From assembly GCA_964016885.1 (NCBI GenBank), contig OZ024743.1, positions 253,890,001-253,954,000 of the forward strand: 64,000 nucleotides of DNA. The letters are read 5' to 3'. The DNA is from Eledone cirrhosa. Lineage: Eukaryota. The notes below the pieces were generated by a model. The model was not told the DNA's origin. It was given only the letters and a program-made list of their open reading frames with translations, and ran no database searches. Position numbers and translations under genes: made by a program. This document shows positions 47,341 to 63,972 of this stretch, in pieces (within the stretch, counting starts at the first letter, position 1; each line of letters begins with the position of its first letter).

Positions 47341-47465
47341 ACAACACAAACTCAGGGATGCAAAAACACAGTCTTATTAGTATTACGCATCGTTTCTTTT
47401 AATACTCTGTCTCGCCCCCCCCCCCTCCATATATATATATATGTATATATGTATGTATGTAAATG

Positions 47466-47516
<51 letters not shown>

Positions 47517-48113
47517 CTGTGTGTATAAAGTACAAAGTCAGAAGTGAGAAATTAGAGATAATTGATGACACTAGTAAAAACCATCATATTTCATAGTTCA
47601 CTGAATAATCTAATGAATGTGAGAAGGTACTATCCTTATATATTATCATACACCAATATATAGCATCATATAGCAATCCTGTCTTTTCTCAGTTAATGGT
47701 AAGGAGGGCCATTAAAATCAATTGTCTCTCGACTGATTGCTGAAGGATAATTGACAAAAATGAAGGCAAAACGAAAATAAAATAATAATTGATTAATGCA
47801 TTAAGTATTATTTTCCCTTGCATTATAGTGTACTATCATAGTGATGGATACAAGGCCGCCTGCAAGTGGGATGGAGGCTGTAATGGTAATGATGGGGTTG
47901 GGTATATTGTTAATGGTGGAGAAGGTGGTGGTGATGGCTGTTGTGGTAACAGTGGTTTTGGTGCTGATTGTGACTATAGCTGTGATGGCGATGGTGACTG
48001 TGGTAGTCATGGTGTGTTACTGAGACTATGGTTGGTATGTGGAATGTTTAATGGACATTTATTTCCTGCTGGGAATAATTATCTTCATCTCTTCACTGTA
48101 AGCTATCTGTAGA

Positions 48114-48183
<70 letters not shown>

Positions 48184-48258
48184 ATACTTCCATATATGAA
48201 ACCATATAACCACCACCAACCAACAGTGTCTACAGATAGCTTACATATATATATATAT

Positions 48259-48291
<33 letters not shown>

Positions 48292-48383
48292 TTATATACA
48301 TATGCATGTATATATATATAAATACTTATATACGTGTGTATAATATGTGTGTGCCTGTATTTATGAGCACGCATTTTTATAAG

Positions 48384-48527
<144 letters not shown>

Positions 48528-50175
48528 TCCGCAGCTATATACATAAATATCAAATATGCGCATATTGAAAATGATTTTATTTAATAACGCAAATTTAGTT
48601 CAGCAGTCAGTGATATTAATAAGAAAGCTATCACTAGTATACCTGTTTAAATTGTTATACCTACTTTAAAAAAAACAGGTATAATTGTCATCTGTTTACA
48701 CTAGCAGACATTAATAGCATTTATAGCATCATTTATGTAATATTATTACCTGTTTGTCTCCAAATGTATACCTATGTATACAAATAATTTATTTTATATT
48801 GATTATCACAAAATGGTTTGTGTAACACTGAGTTTTAGACTAATCATTGTTTTGAAAATAAATTATATTTCGAATACGGCTTTCTCAGTTTTCCCTCTCC
48901 CTATTCTTTTTTTCTTCTTAACTTCTCATCCTTGCTCTCTGTAATATAGTGTCCATTAACCTTTTCACAGCAACCCAATCGACATTGCTACTTGTTAGTT
49001 CTAAAGTATGTATGGAATACTCTCTCAATTAATATAAAGACGGACAGTATTGGGGTTTTGGTTATGAATTTGTCAGTGTGTTTTATTAGCACTTCCAACG
49101 CCTCTTATTATTATAGGGATTGTTTCTGTTTTCATCACATACAATTGGATTACCTCTATTTCTAGACCTTTATTAGATACGTTTGCTAATACCAGAGAGA
49201 ACAATCTGAGACAATTGGTGGTGAATTGTGAAGCAAAGAATAAATAACTTTGGATGGTTATCTGTCATACATGTTTCATGAGCACATGCCACATTCGTTT
49301 GCCATGTCTTGACAAAACATCTATCACAACTGGTAGCTCATGAATGAGAACAATGCTAGGTTTGTTAGCCGGTAAGGAGGGCGCTTTTGAGGAAGGACAT
49401 AAACAAGAGTGACATCTCTGTCATATAACTCAATGCAAAATTTCCGATTTTGATCAAAGTGTCCATGAATAGATTCACACTTATTAGCAGTGTTATCTAT
49501 ATTGTGTAGGCTTGATCATCGGGGAATGTACCTTGTTCTTGACCCAACAAGCTAAAAAGTTGTGCAACTTCCCCCTTTCCAGAAGTACAACTGCATTCAT
49601 ATGAGAAGTAGGTGATGGTTGCAGTTGAGAAGGAGAAAACGAAAAAGAAGACAAATAACACGCAAAGGTCAGGGATGAAAGCAAAAACAGTATAACACTT
49701 AAAAAAAGAGGCCTACTTTAAGGGATAACATAAACGTCACAGTCCTGTGACTGAGCAACACAGGTCTGCATAATTGTTCTGCTACATTACATTTCTTCGA
49801 AAAAAGACCCTTCTCTAATCTTCACAACTCACTTCACTTCAATCCACTCACACATATTCTAACACACACCATACACACACTGACAGACAAACGTGCACTC
49901 ACTCTCACACATAGATATATACAAACATGCACATGTACTAGCACACATATAAATATACATTCACACATAGAAGTGCACATACTCATAAACATACATGCAC
50001 AAATACATCAACAGAAACATGCATTCCTTCACATACAAATGCACACGCAATCACCTTTATGGGCACACAGACATGCATATACATGCAGACACTCACATGT
50101 GTGTGATGGGGGGTCTTTTTTTAGATAAGTTCAAGTGCCATGAAAAGAAGTGAGATGTGACATTTTAATCAAGGC

Positions 50176-50229
<54 letters not shown>

Positions 50230-50655
50230 CACACACACACACACAGATATATATATATATATATATGTTTGTAGAGTGGTGTGTTTCTGCTTGTGTGTGT
50301 GTGTATGTATGCATGTATATGAATATGTGTTTGTGTGAGTCTGTGTGTGTATATAAACACAGGTACGTAAAAAACATGAGTGACATAAAGAGAAACTAAT
50401 ATATAGAGAGGGACAGAGAAAAAGCGAGTGGGAAATGGAAAGGTAAAGAAAGAGAGGAAGAGAAGGGGAAGAAACGTGTTTGTTTTATCGATTTCTCAGT
50501 TGAAGAATTCAGGTGAAATCAAGTCATAGAAGGTTTAACAAAGAAAATCTGAAATGATCCTTAACCAATGAAATGAGCAGTAGAAATGTGCGGCTTTTTT
50601 TCCCTTCCTCTTTCTTTTCATCCTTCTCAGTAGCAAATATAGAGAAATGAAGAAG

Positions 50656-50709
<54 letters not shown>

Positions 50710-51965
50710 CCAGCACCATGACTTCAAACAACAACAACCAAGACCACCACTTCCAACAACACCCACCACCAACAAAAATAATTACCACTACCAACAACAG
50801 CCACCAATAACGGCAACAGCAACTACCACCACTTCCAATAACAACAACTACCACCACCGCTTCCAACATAACCCCCCCCACACACACACACACCCCCCAC
50901 CACCACCACCAAAAACCCCAACTACCACCAAAGTTAACAAATACCACCACCATCAACAACAAAATCCTCAAAAATAACCAGCGGTTGTGTTGGAATACAA
51001 AAGAGAGCAACCAGGCAGCCAGGTTGAGTAGGTATGTAGAGGTATGTGTGTGTGTATACATCTATGCGTACATGTGTAAATATGCATGTATGTGTGCATA
51101 AGTATGCGTATAAATGTGCATGTATGGGGAGGTGAACATGTGTGTGTATATAGGTGATATCTGCATCTATCTATTTCACATGTGTGTGTCCAAATGTAAT
51201 TCTAAATGATTTTTTAAAAAATCATTTTGAAAATGATCACGAATTTTGGAGGGATTTAGTAACATAAATATCTTTCTCATTAGTAAGTTCTTCTTTGGAA
51301 TTTCACGAAATTTCTTCCATAAAATCATGATGGAAAGTTATTAAATGAATATAAACACTTTAACCTTTTCATTACAATATTTCAAATGTAAAATATTGCC
51401 TAGGATTTTCAAATCATTTGAAAAATGAGGAAGAATTTTGGATATATTTCTCGCTATTAAGTTGCTGTTCTGAACATAACTTAACAAATATTGCGTTTTT
51501 ACATAAAAGTGTAATAGGATAAATGCGGTGTATTTATTCTAGAATGGATAAACACAGAATTCTTCTGTAAATATACATATACATACACACACACACATTA
51601 TTTCTACGGGTTATACTGATTATGAATGAGTGTAACACTAATTACATAATAGCTTATTAGTCGCTGCAGAGTAATATATAAATTTCCTAATACAACGGAT
51701 TCAGCATGATGATGTATTTCGCCTCCGTACTAATAATTGGTGTAGGCTGGTTATGTTTTGCTGGAAGCATTGGAGTAGGATTTTGGAGAACCTGTTTGTA
51801 TATTAATTGATGTCGTGTAGGGTAAGTATATGGTGGTGCGCTTGGTTGTAGGATTATAGTTGCATATGTTTGTGTTCGGGGATTGCATGGGTTTGATGTA
51901 AATACGTTCCTGATGAAGTTAAGGCAATTAAACGTCTTATATATATACATACATACATACATACA

Positions 51966-51996
<31 letters not shown>

Positions 51997-54900
51997 TATA
52001 TTACTCCTTCCAATTCATACCACGTATTTGATAAATTTTACTCTATTAATAAACATTTGAGAAAGCAAATTATACGTCTACGTTTAGACAATATTCTATA
52101 ATTTTCTAATATAAATATGGTGGACGTATCGTACAGTACGATTTTCATAAACAGTTTGCTTAATCAGATGAGATGTGGTCTGTCTTAGGTATACAGCCGC
52201 AGGCACGAACGCTTAACAGTTTATGATGCTATCAAGTAAATACTTAGAAAGTGAAAAACATTCACGTTTAACAGTTTATATTAAACTAATCACTTCAAAT
52301 CTAGGCAAATAAATCGTATATTATAAAACTATTAAAGCGAAATGTTCTCAGAAACTTTTATTTTATCATATAGTGGTGTTTGATCTCGATGTTAACCTTG
52401 AGGGCGTAGTTTGAAGTCTTTGGTTTCAGCTTCAAGTTGTTGCTATTTCAAACGATACGTTTCTTATTTCATGAATACATTGTGGTTCAATAGAATATCG
52501 TATCAATAAATTCCGTTCTCCTTCTTACCAATACTGTACATAGACTGTGGGCAGCGAATAGGCAGTATCGATAGAGCATTGGTCAAAATGCTTTACGGTA
52601 TTTAGTTATGACTTTCTACGTTTTGAGTTCAAATCAAACCGAGGTCTACATTACTTCTCCAGCTTTCTGAATCTAGGCGAAACCAGCGTTGTAAGGAAGT
52701 ATACTCAGGAAATCAATGGAATGCATAAAGGATTATAGCGTATATGCCAGGCATTGGTCAATAGAAAATGACTAATGGTCTTGTACGGCAACATTTGACC
52801 AAACATCACACAACCAACAGTTCAGAAGTTGAAGGAATTGGGCTACATTACTCTGCCTCATCCAGCATAATCACTGAATTTCCCACCAACCAACTACTAC
52901 TTTTTCAAGTAATTCGAAACATTCTTGCAAGGAACAGTCTTCAACAACCAAACAGCTACAAAATCTGTCTTCAATGTATTCAACGCCTCCAGAACATAGG
53001 AATTATGTTACCAGAATAAATAAACTATCTTTTGGACAAAAAGTTTCTAATGTTTTTGTTTTGAGCAATAAAGTTTATTCTAGACTGAGATATGTGGTTT
53101 TAAAGTTTATAAACCTGGATTAATTTCTAAACTATCTGATAATATATTAACGTTGTTATTTTTCTTTAGTAAAACACAAACTAAATATGCATTTTCCCAA
53201 TACGAAATATTCATACTTTAGTGTATTTCAGTGTAATATAGTACAGTATACTATAGTGCAATGTAATATAGGAGAGTATAGTATAGTTTAGTTTAGTATA
53301 CTTATAGGATGGTATAATTTAGTATAGTATTTACTTATCTATTGGCAGCTAGTCACAACATACATAAATTCGCATAGGGTCCCTATGATTGTGGAGGCTC
53401 CCAAGGCAAGCTGCCTGTCAGCTTCATCCTGTAAGAAGGATCTGTCGTCATTTAGATGTTAATTTCCTAACTTGGCTGTACTGTTGAATGAACTAGAATA
53501 CTCATTATCAAAACCAATGAAGATTCATTCTACGGCATGTACGATGTACAAAAACATTATGTACAGATTTTAATTTTTTGAATATGGATTCTTGAAGAAG
53601 GAAACTTTAAAACATATTTTACTATTTTTAGTTTTAAACTAGTTATGATGATTTGGCAGAGTTTTAGAGCAGTGAATGAAATAACTGTCACCTTTGTGTG
53701 TATGTTTTCGTTTCACGTTGCTCGAGTATACTCAGCTGAAAATGACTACCAGTAATAGCTGGGGGTTTAACTATGCGATGTACTGGCGTCCTGTCTAGAG
53801 GGGGAGGGGGATTCGTGTACTCTCAGTCACTTCACGATATGAAACCAGGATATGCACCGGCCAAATGAGCCTTCTGGCTTAAATCAAACTTTAGACGTTT
53901 TGTTTGTGTAGTAGTGGTTAGTAGTGTGTGTAGTGATAGTATGGATTCATGAGTTAAGTACAAAATTGCAAGTAATTTGTTAAAAACATAATACACCCAC
54001 ATTCTTCTTTAAATATAAATACTTCTCTCTTTCAATTGTTATTTTCACCACATAATAATATGGGGGGGTGTAATTGTTGCGGGGAAATTTTATTAAAATG
54101 AAAGGGGCCCTTGGTCGAGTAAACGTTTGTATTGGAGGAAGAAGTAAGCTTTCAGTCAGAAAAGACGATCACCAATATATTAATCTGTGAATGAAACCAT
54201 TTCCTTGATAGCAATAATACATTTTCTACCGCAATTTCTTCATTTTCTTTCTACAACATATAGACTTTGTGTTTAATATAAAAAGATAAGATTGTAATCT
54301 GTTTCATTCTTATTTTTCTGAAGTTAATCTCTTTTTTGACAGAAATCTGGTCTTAGGTCACTACTTTTGACAGGATTCACAAAATATCGATGTTTTACTA
54401 CATTGTCTCATCTGAATATTATGCATATATGTGTATTTTAATTGTCAGACGATATGTTCTGGAATAAGACCAGGTGGTATCCATGTAATATCATTCTAAT
54501 CATATTCAGGCTGAAGAAGTGACCAGATTTCTAAGACGTGCTGTTTTTAATTCAATTTAAAATCTCATTGAGGTCATCCTTGTTCCTTGTTAGTGTGTAG
54601 GGTCGATAACATAAAAAGCAGCCATGTACTGAGATGGATTCAGATTACGATAATGTTCTTATGAAAACAAGTATTGCCTACGTGATGAATACATTATCTG
54701 CATAAATTAATTTGTGGTCCATTTTATATTTCAACAACATTAGATAGAAAAACCATTAGTTGATAATATTACAATATTCCCACATAAGATGTGAAGAGTA
54801 GTAATTATAGAAGTTTGCAAATACGAAAATATGAACCAGAAATGATTATAGAATACATGAAAATAACTTTGAAAACTAACAAATGTAAATTGCTGAATAA

Positions 54901-55353
54901 TTTTTTACGCCAGCATGAAGATTTTACCAATATTCTCATGATCTTTTGCCAAAACTACAAAGCATGTAAACAAAAAACATTACATTTTCAATAACGAAAA
55001 TGTCATTCTCTAGATTTTCAGAAGCAAACACAAAACAAATGAATAAATCTTAAATTTAAAATGAAACTATATTTATTTGATGAAATTAAAGTATCTAATG
55101 ATATTTAAATCAAATTAAATTGTTAATCTTCGGTATTTATCAACAAAAGAACAGCAGGTTTTAAGCATGTTATCTCTATATATCACAGAATGGAAGGAGT
55201 GTCAAGTTAACTGTGATATTGTCATTGTATATAAATAGCAACATTTCAGAAAGAAATAACAGTGAACAATGATAAAAACAATGACAATTCCTCCTCCTCC
55301 TTCTTCTTCTTCTTCTTCTTCTTCTTCTTCTTCTTCTTCTTCTTCTTCTTCAC

Positions 55354-55389
<36 letters not shown>

Positions 55390-57281
55390 TGTCCTTACCA
55401 TATTTTTTCCTCTCATTCCTTCTCCACTCCCCTCGTCCCCTGATCCTCCTACTCCCCTTCTTCCAAGCGCATCTTCAAATCTTCTAATTTTCTAATTCTT
55501 CAATTATTTTGCTTCTACGTCAAGTGTAACCACTTCCTGGACACATAGATTGCTTGTATTTAATTACATTGATTATAAACATGGCAAAACCGATTGTCCC
55601 CATCTTTAAAAGATGCACATTAATGTATAGAAAACTAAAATGATTTTCAAGATCCCAGACCTCACTCGCTTATCGAATGGGGTGAAACTCATCAAATCGG
55701 AATAAGGAAATGATGTTTCCATTAGTGTTTCCATTGTTGATACCATCTACCGGTCGCAACTCCTGGAAGAAAGAGCAGCATGAAATAAATTGTCTTGCTG
55801 AAGGACATAATACATCACCCCATCAGAGAATCGAACTCACAACTACAAATCCCATTCTCTAACCACTAAGCCACGCGCTTTGACAATAATAATCTAACAA
55901 ATATCTATAATGTTCTGTTTACATATTTTACGTTCAATCCATGATGAGCAGCGTGTTAAAATAATTGCAATAGTTGAAATATACATTTGCAGACAATGGT
56001 ATATATTATCAACAATATAATATGGCTATTGCAATTAATAAGTTACTTTATCACGCTGTTTATGATTGCTTAAACATGAAATTTGAACACGAGAAATTAT
56101 AAATAGAGTAAATGAGCATCTTTTAACAAGGGGGACAGTTTTCATATATATATAATATTCTAAGAATTATCATGTATATATTAAGTTGCCCACAGATGTA
56201 TAGTACAAACGTACAAGATAGAGTTTGAGATATAAGGGCCTATGATTTGTCAGTTTAAGGCTATCATGATAGACACTAGCACAGGATGACGCAAGATACG
56301 ATGGTGGTGTGCAGTAGAATCAAATCCAGATTCATATGGTTGTGAGACAAATTTCTTAACAACAGCAATGCAATAATATCACATATTAAAATATTTTCAT
56401 GCAAAGAAAAATTACTGTAAAGACATTCGTATTCTTACACTTAACGCACAGCCTTGTTCAGATTTTAACCAATCATAAGGAATCCTAGTGCCTATCATTT
56501 GTTTCAAGTCTGTTACTTATTTTATCGATCGCTATTATTCAAAGATTAAATGTAAATGCAGATATACCTACACACACACGCACACACACACAGAAATACA
56601 CACACATACACACACACACACACATATATATATACAGTATATATATATAGAGAGAGAGAGAGAGAGTCATAATAATAATTGTAAAGAATAAAATCTGAAG
56701 AGGGCTCGATAAGGATAATATATGTATAAATATATATAAAAACCGTAGAGTTTCAGAAGATCCCGTTAAGGCTGAAAGCAACTATATTTTGCTTAAATTT
56801 AATCTGTTATTTTAATATATATATATATATATGGGCTTTTTCAGTTTTTGACTAGCAAATTTCACCCTAAAGACATTGAACAATCCAAACAGACATTTGA
56901 CTCAAGTTCCACCATGCAATGAAATTGAACGTGAAACCTGACAATACATGAGTGCGAGGCAAACTTTGTAATCACAAAGCAAGGTATGTCTGTTACAGAT
57001 AAAAAAGAAATGAATTCATAGTAGCAAATTTTCCATTAGACGGCAATTAGTAGTTGTGATGTTACAGTACAATTGATGCTGGTGGAAAATACAGTAATAA
57101 ATTTATAATGATAAATATCCGAGTCTGATTCTCATATGCCTAAAGCTTCTCTCTCTCCAAACACACATACACCCCTTCTCTCTATTTCTTATTCTATCAC
57201 TCTCTCTTTTTGTCTCTCATATGCCAGTTTACATTGAATCAAATATATTTCTAAATTGGAGAGTCTAAAATCTAAGTCTGT

Positions 57282-57512
57282 CTTAAGCCAGAAGGCTCAT
57301 TTCATAGCGTGAAGCGACTGAGAGTACAAGACTCCCCCCTGGACTGGACGCCAGTCCATCGCAGGGTTAAACCTCCAGCTATTGATGGTACTCATTTTCA
57401 GCTGAGTAAACTAGAGCAACGTGAAATAAAGTGACGTGCTCAAGGAAACAACACATCACACGGTCCGAGAATTGAACTCACAACCTTTCGATTGCAAGCC
57501 TACTGCTCTAAC
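57282..57512 (-). mobile_element. tRNA-derived SINE (same family as 29770)
   Basis: Minus strand: GTGGTTAGAGC, GAGTTCAATTCTC and CCTGCGATGGACTGGCGTCCAGTCCAGGGG. Confidence 0.78.
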
Positions 57513-57554
<42 letters not shown>

Positions 57555-57627
57555 GTAGGTCCCGGGTTGAGTCGGGGATAACCAGAGTAAGTAAGGTACT
57601 CAATACATGGCAGAGTAAAATGTTTTT

Positions 57628-57669
<42 letters not shown>

Positions 57670-57672
<3 letters not shown>

Positions 57673-58425
57673 TAAGAACATGAAGGCCCACATCACCAGC
57701 AGCCCTAGGAGCAACACCCCACCAGGGTGCTCTTGCCGTAAGCCTGAAGCTAGCTCCCTTCAACAGCAATGCAACACACCAGCTGTATTATATGAAGCTG
57801 TGGTCACTTCCAACCGACCAAACGAACCACAGGAGGTCAAATCCTAATGAGGGTATGGCGGAGGGCCGATTCAAGGACCGTTTCCTGAACCACCAGTCTA
57901 ACTTCAGATACCCGGACAGACGTTCATCCACAAAACTCGCGAGCCACGTATGGTTCCTCAAGGACTCAAGTATAGACTACTCCATTCAATGGAAAGCCAT
58001 CACTAAGTCCAAGCCATACGCAAGGGGAAATCCGACGTGTGGCTTATGTATTCACGAACGAATAACTATCTTAAAGAGATTACGCAATAGTGATTGCCTA
58101 AACACGAGAAGTGAATTTTTCACACGTTGTCCACACATCACCAAACATATATTGCATAACTACAAGGCTCCGGACTGATTCTTTGTAATTTTATTTTTTA
58201 TTTTTTTTTTTTTTTCAACCTAAAAACTTTCCGGACTTTCGCATTTATCTCCCTTAGATCTCCCGCACGCAGTCTAGTATTGCCTGTGTGAAGTGACCGA
58301 GTTTCTGCGCATGCGCGTTCGTACGGTTGTCCTTCCTATAACCATACACATCCCGAGCTGAAGATCCGCGAAGGTGAAACAATTGTTCTCGGTATGGTGA
58401 ACTAACTGTTGTGTAACCACTTCTA
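57670..58425 (+). mobile_element. 5'-truncated Naiad-like PLE end (GIY-YIG fragment, 3' UTR and hammerhead) between (TA)n tracts
   Basis: CSCRK..C..VLYEA, FKDRFLNHQSNF, LASHVW, CGLCIHE and LNTRSE..CPH. HHR at 58353-58392. Confidence 0.88.
58353..58392 (+). ncRNA. Type I hammerhead ribozyme in PLE 3' UTR
   Basis: CCGAG-CTGAAGA-T-CC-gcgaa-GG-T-GAAA-CAATTG-TT^-CTCGG, with stem I extended by ACCATA/TATGGT. Confidence 0.8.
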
Positions 58426-59292
58426 TATATATGTATATATATATATATATATATATTAAAAAGTGAGGGTTTTTTTACAAAATGAAAAAATAAGCGAGGT
58501 GTCCTACACGAGTGAAAGTATAAAGAAAAAAAGATAAAATCGAAAATGCAACTGGAGTCTTATTTTTTTTAAATATATATATTTATATTTGGTTCTGTTA
58601 CCGGTTTCGCAGTTCTTCTGCTTTTCAAAAGTAGAGTTGAGATGGACAGTTTGTGGTTTTTTTCACATCTGGTTGGTCTTTCAATGTTACTTGTTTTATA
58701 TGGAGAAAAGTGGCTCGAAACGCCAGGTTTTTAGTGAAGTAATTTGATTGGTTGGTCAATAAGTATAATACATTTCGCGCCAGTTCGCGTTACAAAGTTC
58801 TTCAAACAAGGGGGGGGGCGCTCTCAGATTGTTTTTTCATATATGAGTGAAGTTTGGTTGGTTGAAGTAGTCACATCATCTTTCGCGCCAGTTTGTTTGA
58901 ATTTCTTTTTATTAAAAAAAGGAGCTCACGAAGGCTTTTTTTTATAAATGTAATTTGATTGGTTATAAATGAAATTATGGCTGTCACGTGAACAAGTTCA
59001 TTAAATGTCGCACCCGTATTTGGGAATTTATTTTGTAGCATTTTAAAGAAATTTATGACAAACAAAAGATAATGGTCAAGAGAAATGGGATGGGGGAATT
59101 GTTCTGGTTCAGTGAATGTGGCAGGTTGTTTTTTCATATATGAGCGAAGTTTGGTTAGTTGACGTAGTCACGTGGATAAGCACATCAGATTTCGCGTCAG
59201 TTTGTTTGAATTACTTTTTACTTTAAAAAAAATATCTATATATATCTATATATATCTATATATATCTATATATATCTCTATATATCTATATA

Positions 59293-59370
<78 letters not shown>

Positions 59371-59430
59371 TATATATATAAATATATATATATAAATATA
59401 TATTTATATAAATAATATATATATATAAAT

Positions 59431-59564
<134 letters not shown>

Positions 59565-59624
59565 GTAGAACACTGGAAGGTAATATCCGTAGTGGTAGAG
59601 CACTCAGTCCATGGGACGAGTTAG

Positions 59625-59724
59625 GTAGAAGTGGTTACACAACAGTTAGTTCACCATACCGAGAACAATTGTTCCACCTTAGTGGATCCTCAGCTCAGTA
59701 TGGTGAACTAACTGCTGTGTAAGC

Positions 59725-59730
<6 letters not shown>
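59625..59730 (-). repeat. Fold-back copy of the 58353 HHR region
   Basis: Reverse complement of 58355-58424 with a mutated core. The downstream flank (TATGGTGAACTAACTG..) is present in both orientations around the core. Confidence 0.8.
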
Positions 59731-59761
<31 letters not shown>

Positions 59762-60396
59762 AACGGAGAAAGCTATTAGCGATACTCCGACTAATTTCCA
59801 ACTCACTCAAAAAACATTAGGAAATACCGGAGTATATTCCCAATTAAACGTTTGGGTGCTAACTATATTGTATTGTGTAGATAATTGGCTGCATTATTTT
59901 ATATGAGATACATTAAAGATCTCATTTCCCAAACGAATCGTTTCATTATAAGATGTCTACATGCTGGGTGAAATTATACCAAGTTATGTAGAAGCTTGTA
60001 TGAGTTAACTGGAATCTTATTCAATTGGGCTCTTACATATCTTCAGTGGGTGCCCAATAATATTAATATTAATAACCAAATCAATATCAATATTTAGCGA
60101 TAATCACCATCAGTGCTAGAGTGAATTGTTAGGTTGTAAGTCCAGCAGTTCTAAAGAAAATCTCACACTGTCCCGAAGATGGGTAGTGGAGGTTACCACC
60201 AAAAGATAATACACGCGCATGTCATTGAACTCTGACAAAAATTTATATATATATATATATATTTATATATGTATAATAAAATAAATATGGTTTTATGAAG
60301 ATAGTTTCCATTCATTAATATCATTGATATTATACTCCAGAAGAAAACCTGTAGAGTGCTTCGAATTCAATAACCAACAAATTAAATATCAACTTG

Positions 60397-60453
<57 letters not shown>

Positions 60454-60625
60454 AGGGTGGTGCCCCAGCATGGCCTCAGCCGGATGGCTGAAACAGATAA
60501 GAGAGTAAAAGAGTAAATATATATATATATACGTGTGTATAATGGTAGCTATGGTGCTTCTATAGGCGGTATGCCAAAATTAGCACTCAATATTCTTACA
60601 GAGCAGAGTGTGAATAGTATAAAAA

Positions 60626-61690
<1,065 letters not shown>

Positions 61691-61691
61691 G

Positions 61692-61765
<74 letters not shown>

Positions 61766-61803
61766 TATATGTATATATATATACATATATACATATATAC
61801 TCA

Positions 61804-61877
<74 letters not shown>

Positions 61878-62439
61878 TACCAATATATATATATATATTT
61901 ATGTGTGTGTGTGTGTGTGTGTGCGAGTGTATGTGTGTGTAAGTATAAGTATATATATATATATATAGCTAGACGCACACTGATAAATAGTTACACATAT
62001 TTATATAGATATGTTTTCCATTTTCTGTTCTTAGCCAATTTATATCACAATGAAGATAAATAAAAGATTGTTATGCTTCTGTGAATAAGTAGATTCACAC
62101 TACTCAAAGAGGCATAAAATTAATGAATTCTTTAATTTAAAGAGCTTTCACATATAAAAACAGAAATGATTCATCTGTTTTTAAATTTGTTCATATACTT
62201 AGCATATCTAACACGCACACTCTATCTGTATACAGAATACATACGTGTATATTCATATATATATATGGAAGGGTCAGGAGCCCGACGGCTGAGCTCTTGC
62301 CGTTTCAACAACTAGATCCAGTCTCCTTTCATATTACCATAATCTACCATCCCCACTTTCGAGTACTCTGGTGGATATATTGTCTAATCAGGTATTTACT
62401 GAATCCATTTTCACGTATATATGCATGCATATTTACACA

Positions 62440-62522
<83 letters not shown>

Positions 62523-62526
<4 letters not shown>

Positions 62527-62640
62527 TGTTCCCCCGGCATTCGCGGATATGGTTATTCTCGGAATATTCCGTAGAACCTAGCTAATAATTGTTCGTGGAA
62601 ACAGCAGCATGTTCGCGGAACCGTAAATATCTTCCGCTAT
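62523..62640 (+). mobile_element. Possible Tc1/mariner-pogo (Tigger-like) left end
   Basis: TA|CAGTGTTCCCCCGGCATTCGCGG with an internal TTCGCGG repeat. No matching right TIR found. Confidence 0.35.
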
Positions 62641-63124
62641 ATTTTAATGGCTTTTTTCGGGGCAATATATATTTATTTAACACTAAATTACTAATAACAA
62701 TATAACTTATTTACCGGCCTTTTGGACACCACTTCGCCATTTGTTATATTTTGTTATATTTTGACGTTTATAGTCATTTTTATGGACACGTCCAATAGTT
62801 GCGGTTTTTTCACTCTTCACGTGTGCTCTAGGAACGTAACCTGCAGGCTACAATTGTATATATATAGAGAGAGAGATAGTGCCAAGTATTGGGAGGGTCT
62901 ACATAGACCAAGTCAGTGGCGCTACTGACTTCCCAGAGCGGCAGAGGCGTGGTCTGCATCCCACTTACGGTCTTACTTTCCATCAAGTGCACAAGAGCGG
63001 TTGCCATGTCTGTGATACAATGAAGGGTCCTTACAACCCTTTTTTGGAAAGCTCTCTACGATCGGATGCCCTTCGTATCACCATTCACATTACAGAGTGT
63101 ACTGTATGTGTTTATCGTGTAGAT

Positions 63125-63311
63125 CAGGCACTAAAAACATGCGGCCCGCGGGACGCATGCGCGTCTTTACAAGCACACTTGCGGCCCCACAAAGGTTTTT
63201 ACAGCGCGAGCATGTTTTATCTTCGTAATATGAAATATAATGTATTAGTTGTAATAACAACACATATGGGACCCATATGGCTCTCGGGCTACACTCAGTT
63301 AGACAAGACTC
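63125..63311 (+). mobile_element. hAT (Charlie/Buster-type) MITE with 8-bp TSD
   Basis: TSD GTGTAGAT at 63117-63124 and 63312-63319. Starts CAGG, with subterminal GCGGCCCGCGGG..GCATGCG and GCGGCCC motifs. Right TIR is degenerate. Confidence 0.75.
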
Positions 63312-63631
63312 GTGTAGATAACCAACACTAGAAAGGCCGATGCACGGTGAAATGACTGAATAGTCTTCTAAGCTTTTTTTAGAATACGCATGGTTTCTAG
63401 ACTGGTGTGCTGTTACTGTTGCGAAACACCATATAAGGTGTACCAAGCTGATCCTTGTCCCTGTGGAAAAACATCGTCCCTTCTGGGCGTATATTTTGGT
63501 GAGGGGTGATAGCATGGAGTTACGTGTGAATTTATGGAATCTGTGGTGTTATTTGACAGGGTTAGGATTAGGGTGGTGAGAACACTGTCTCAAGTGGAAG
63601 GCATCGATGGTTTGGTCAGTAGCGGTACATA

Positions 63632-63675
<44 letters not shown>

Positions 63676-63897
63676 CGCACACACACACACACACACTCAT
63701 ATATATGTATGTATGTATGGAGCCTGCGGAGCTGAGAGCGGAGAAATAAATAATCATAGGAGTACTCAATGCATGGGGAGATGCAGAGTTGGTATAGAGT
63801 TATTTTGCATCTCTGTCACTCTCTCTTTCTCTCTTTCTCTCTCAATATACATACATACACATACACACTCACACACATACACACACACACACACATA

Positions 63898-63972
<75 letters not shown>

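Noticed and set aside
48097-48245. 21-bp inverted repeat around a (TA)n tract
   Set aside because: Too short to classify. Probably a local fold-back duplication.
51700-51830. Possible host exon (ttcag ... GTAGG|gtaagt)
   Set aside because: The + frames I translated contain stops and there is no recognisable protein similarity. The nearby CTGATGA at 51910 lacks a proper GAAA.
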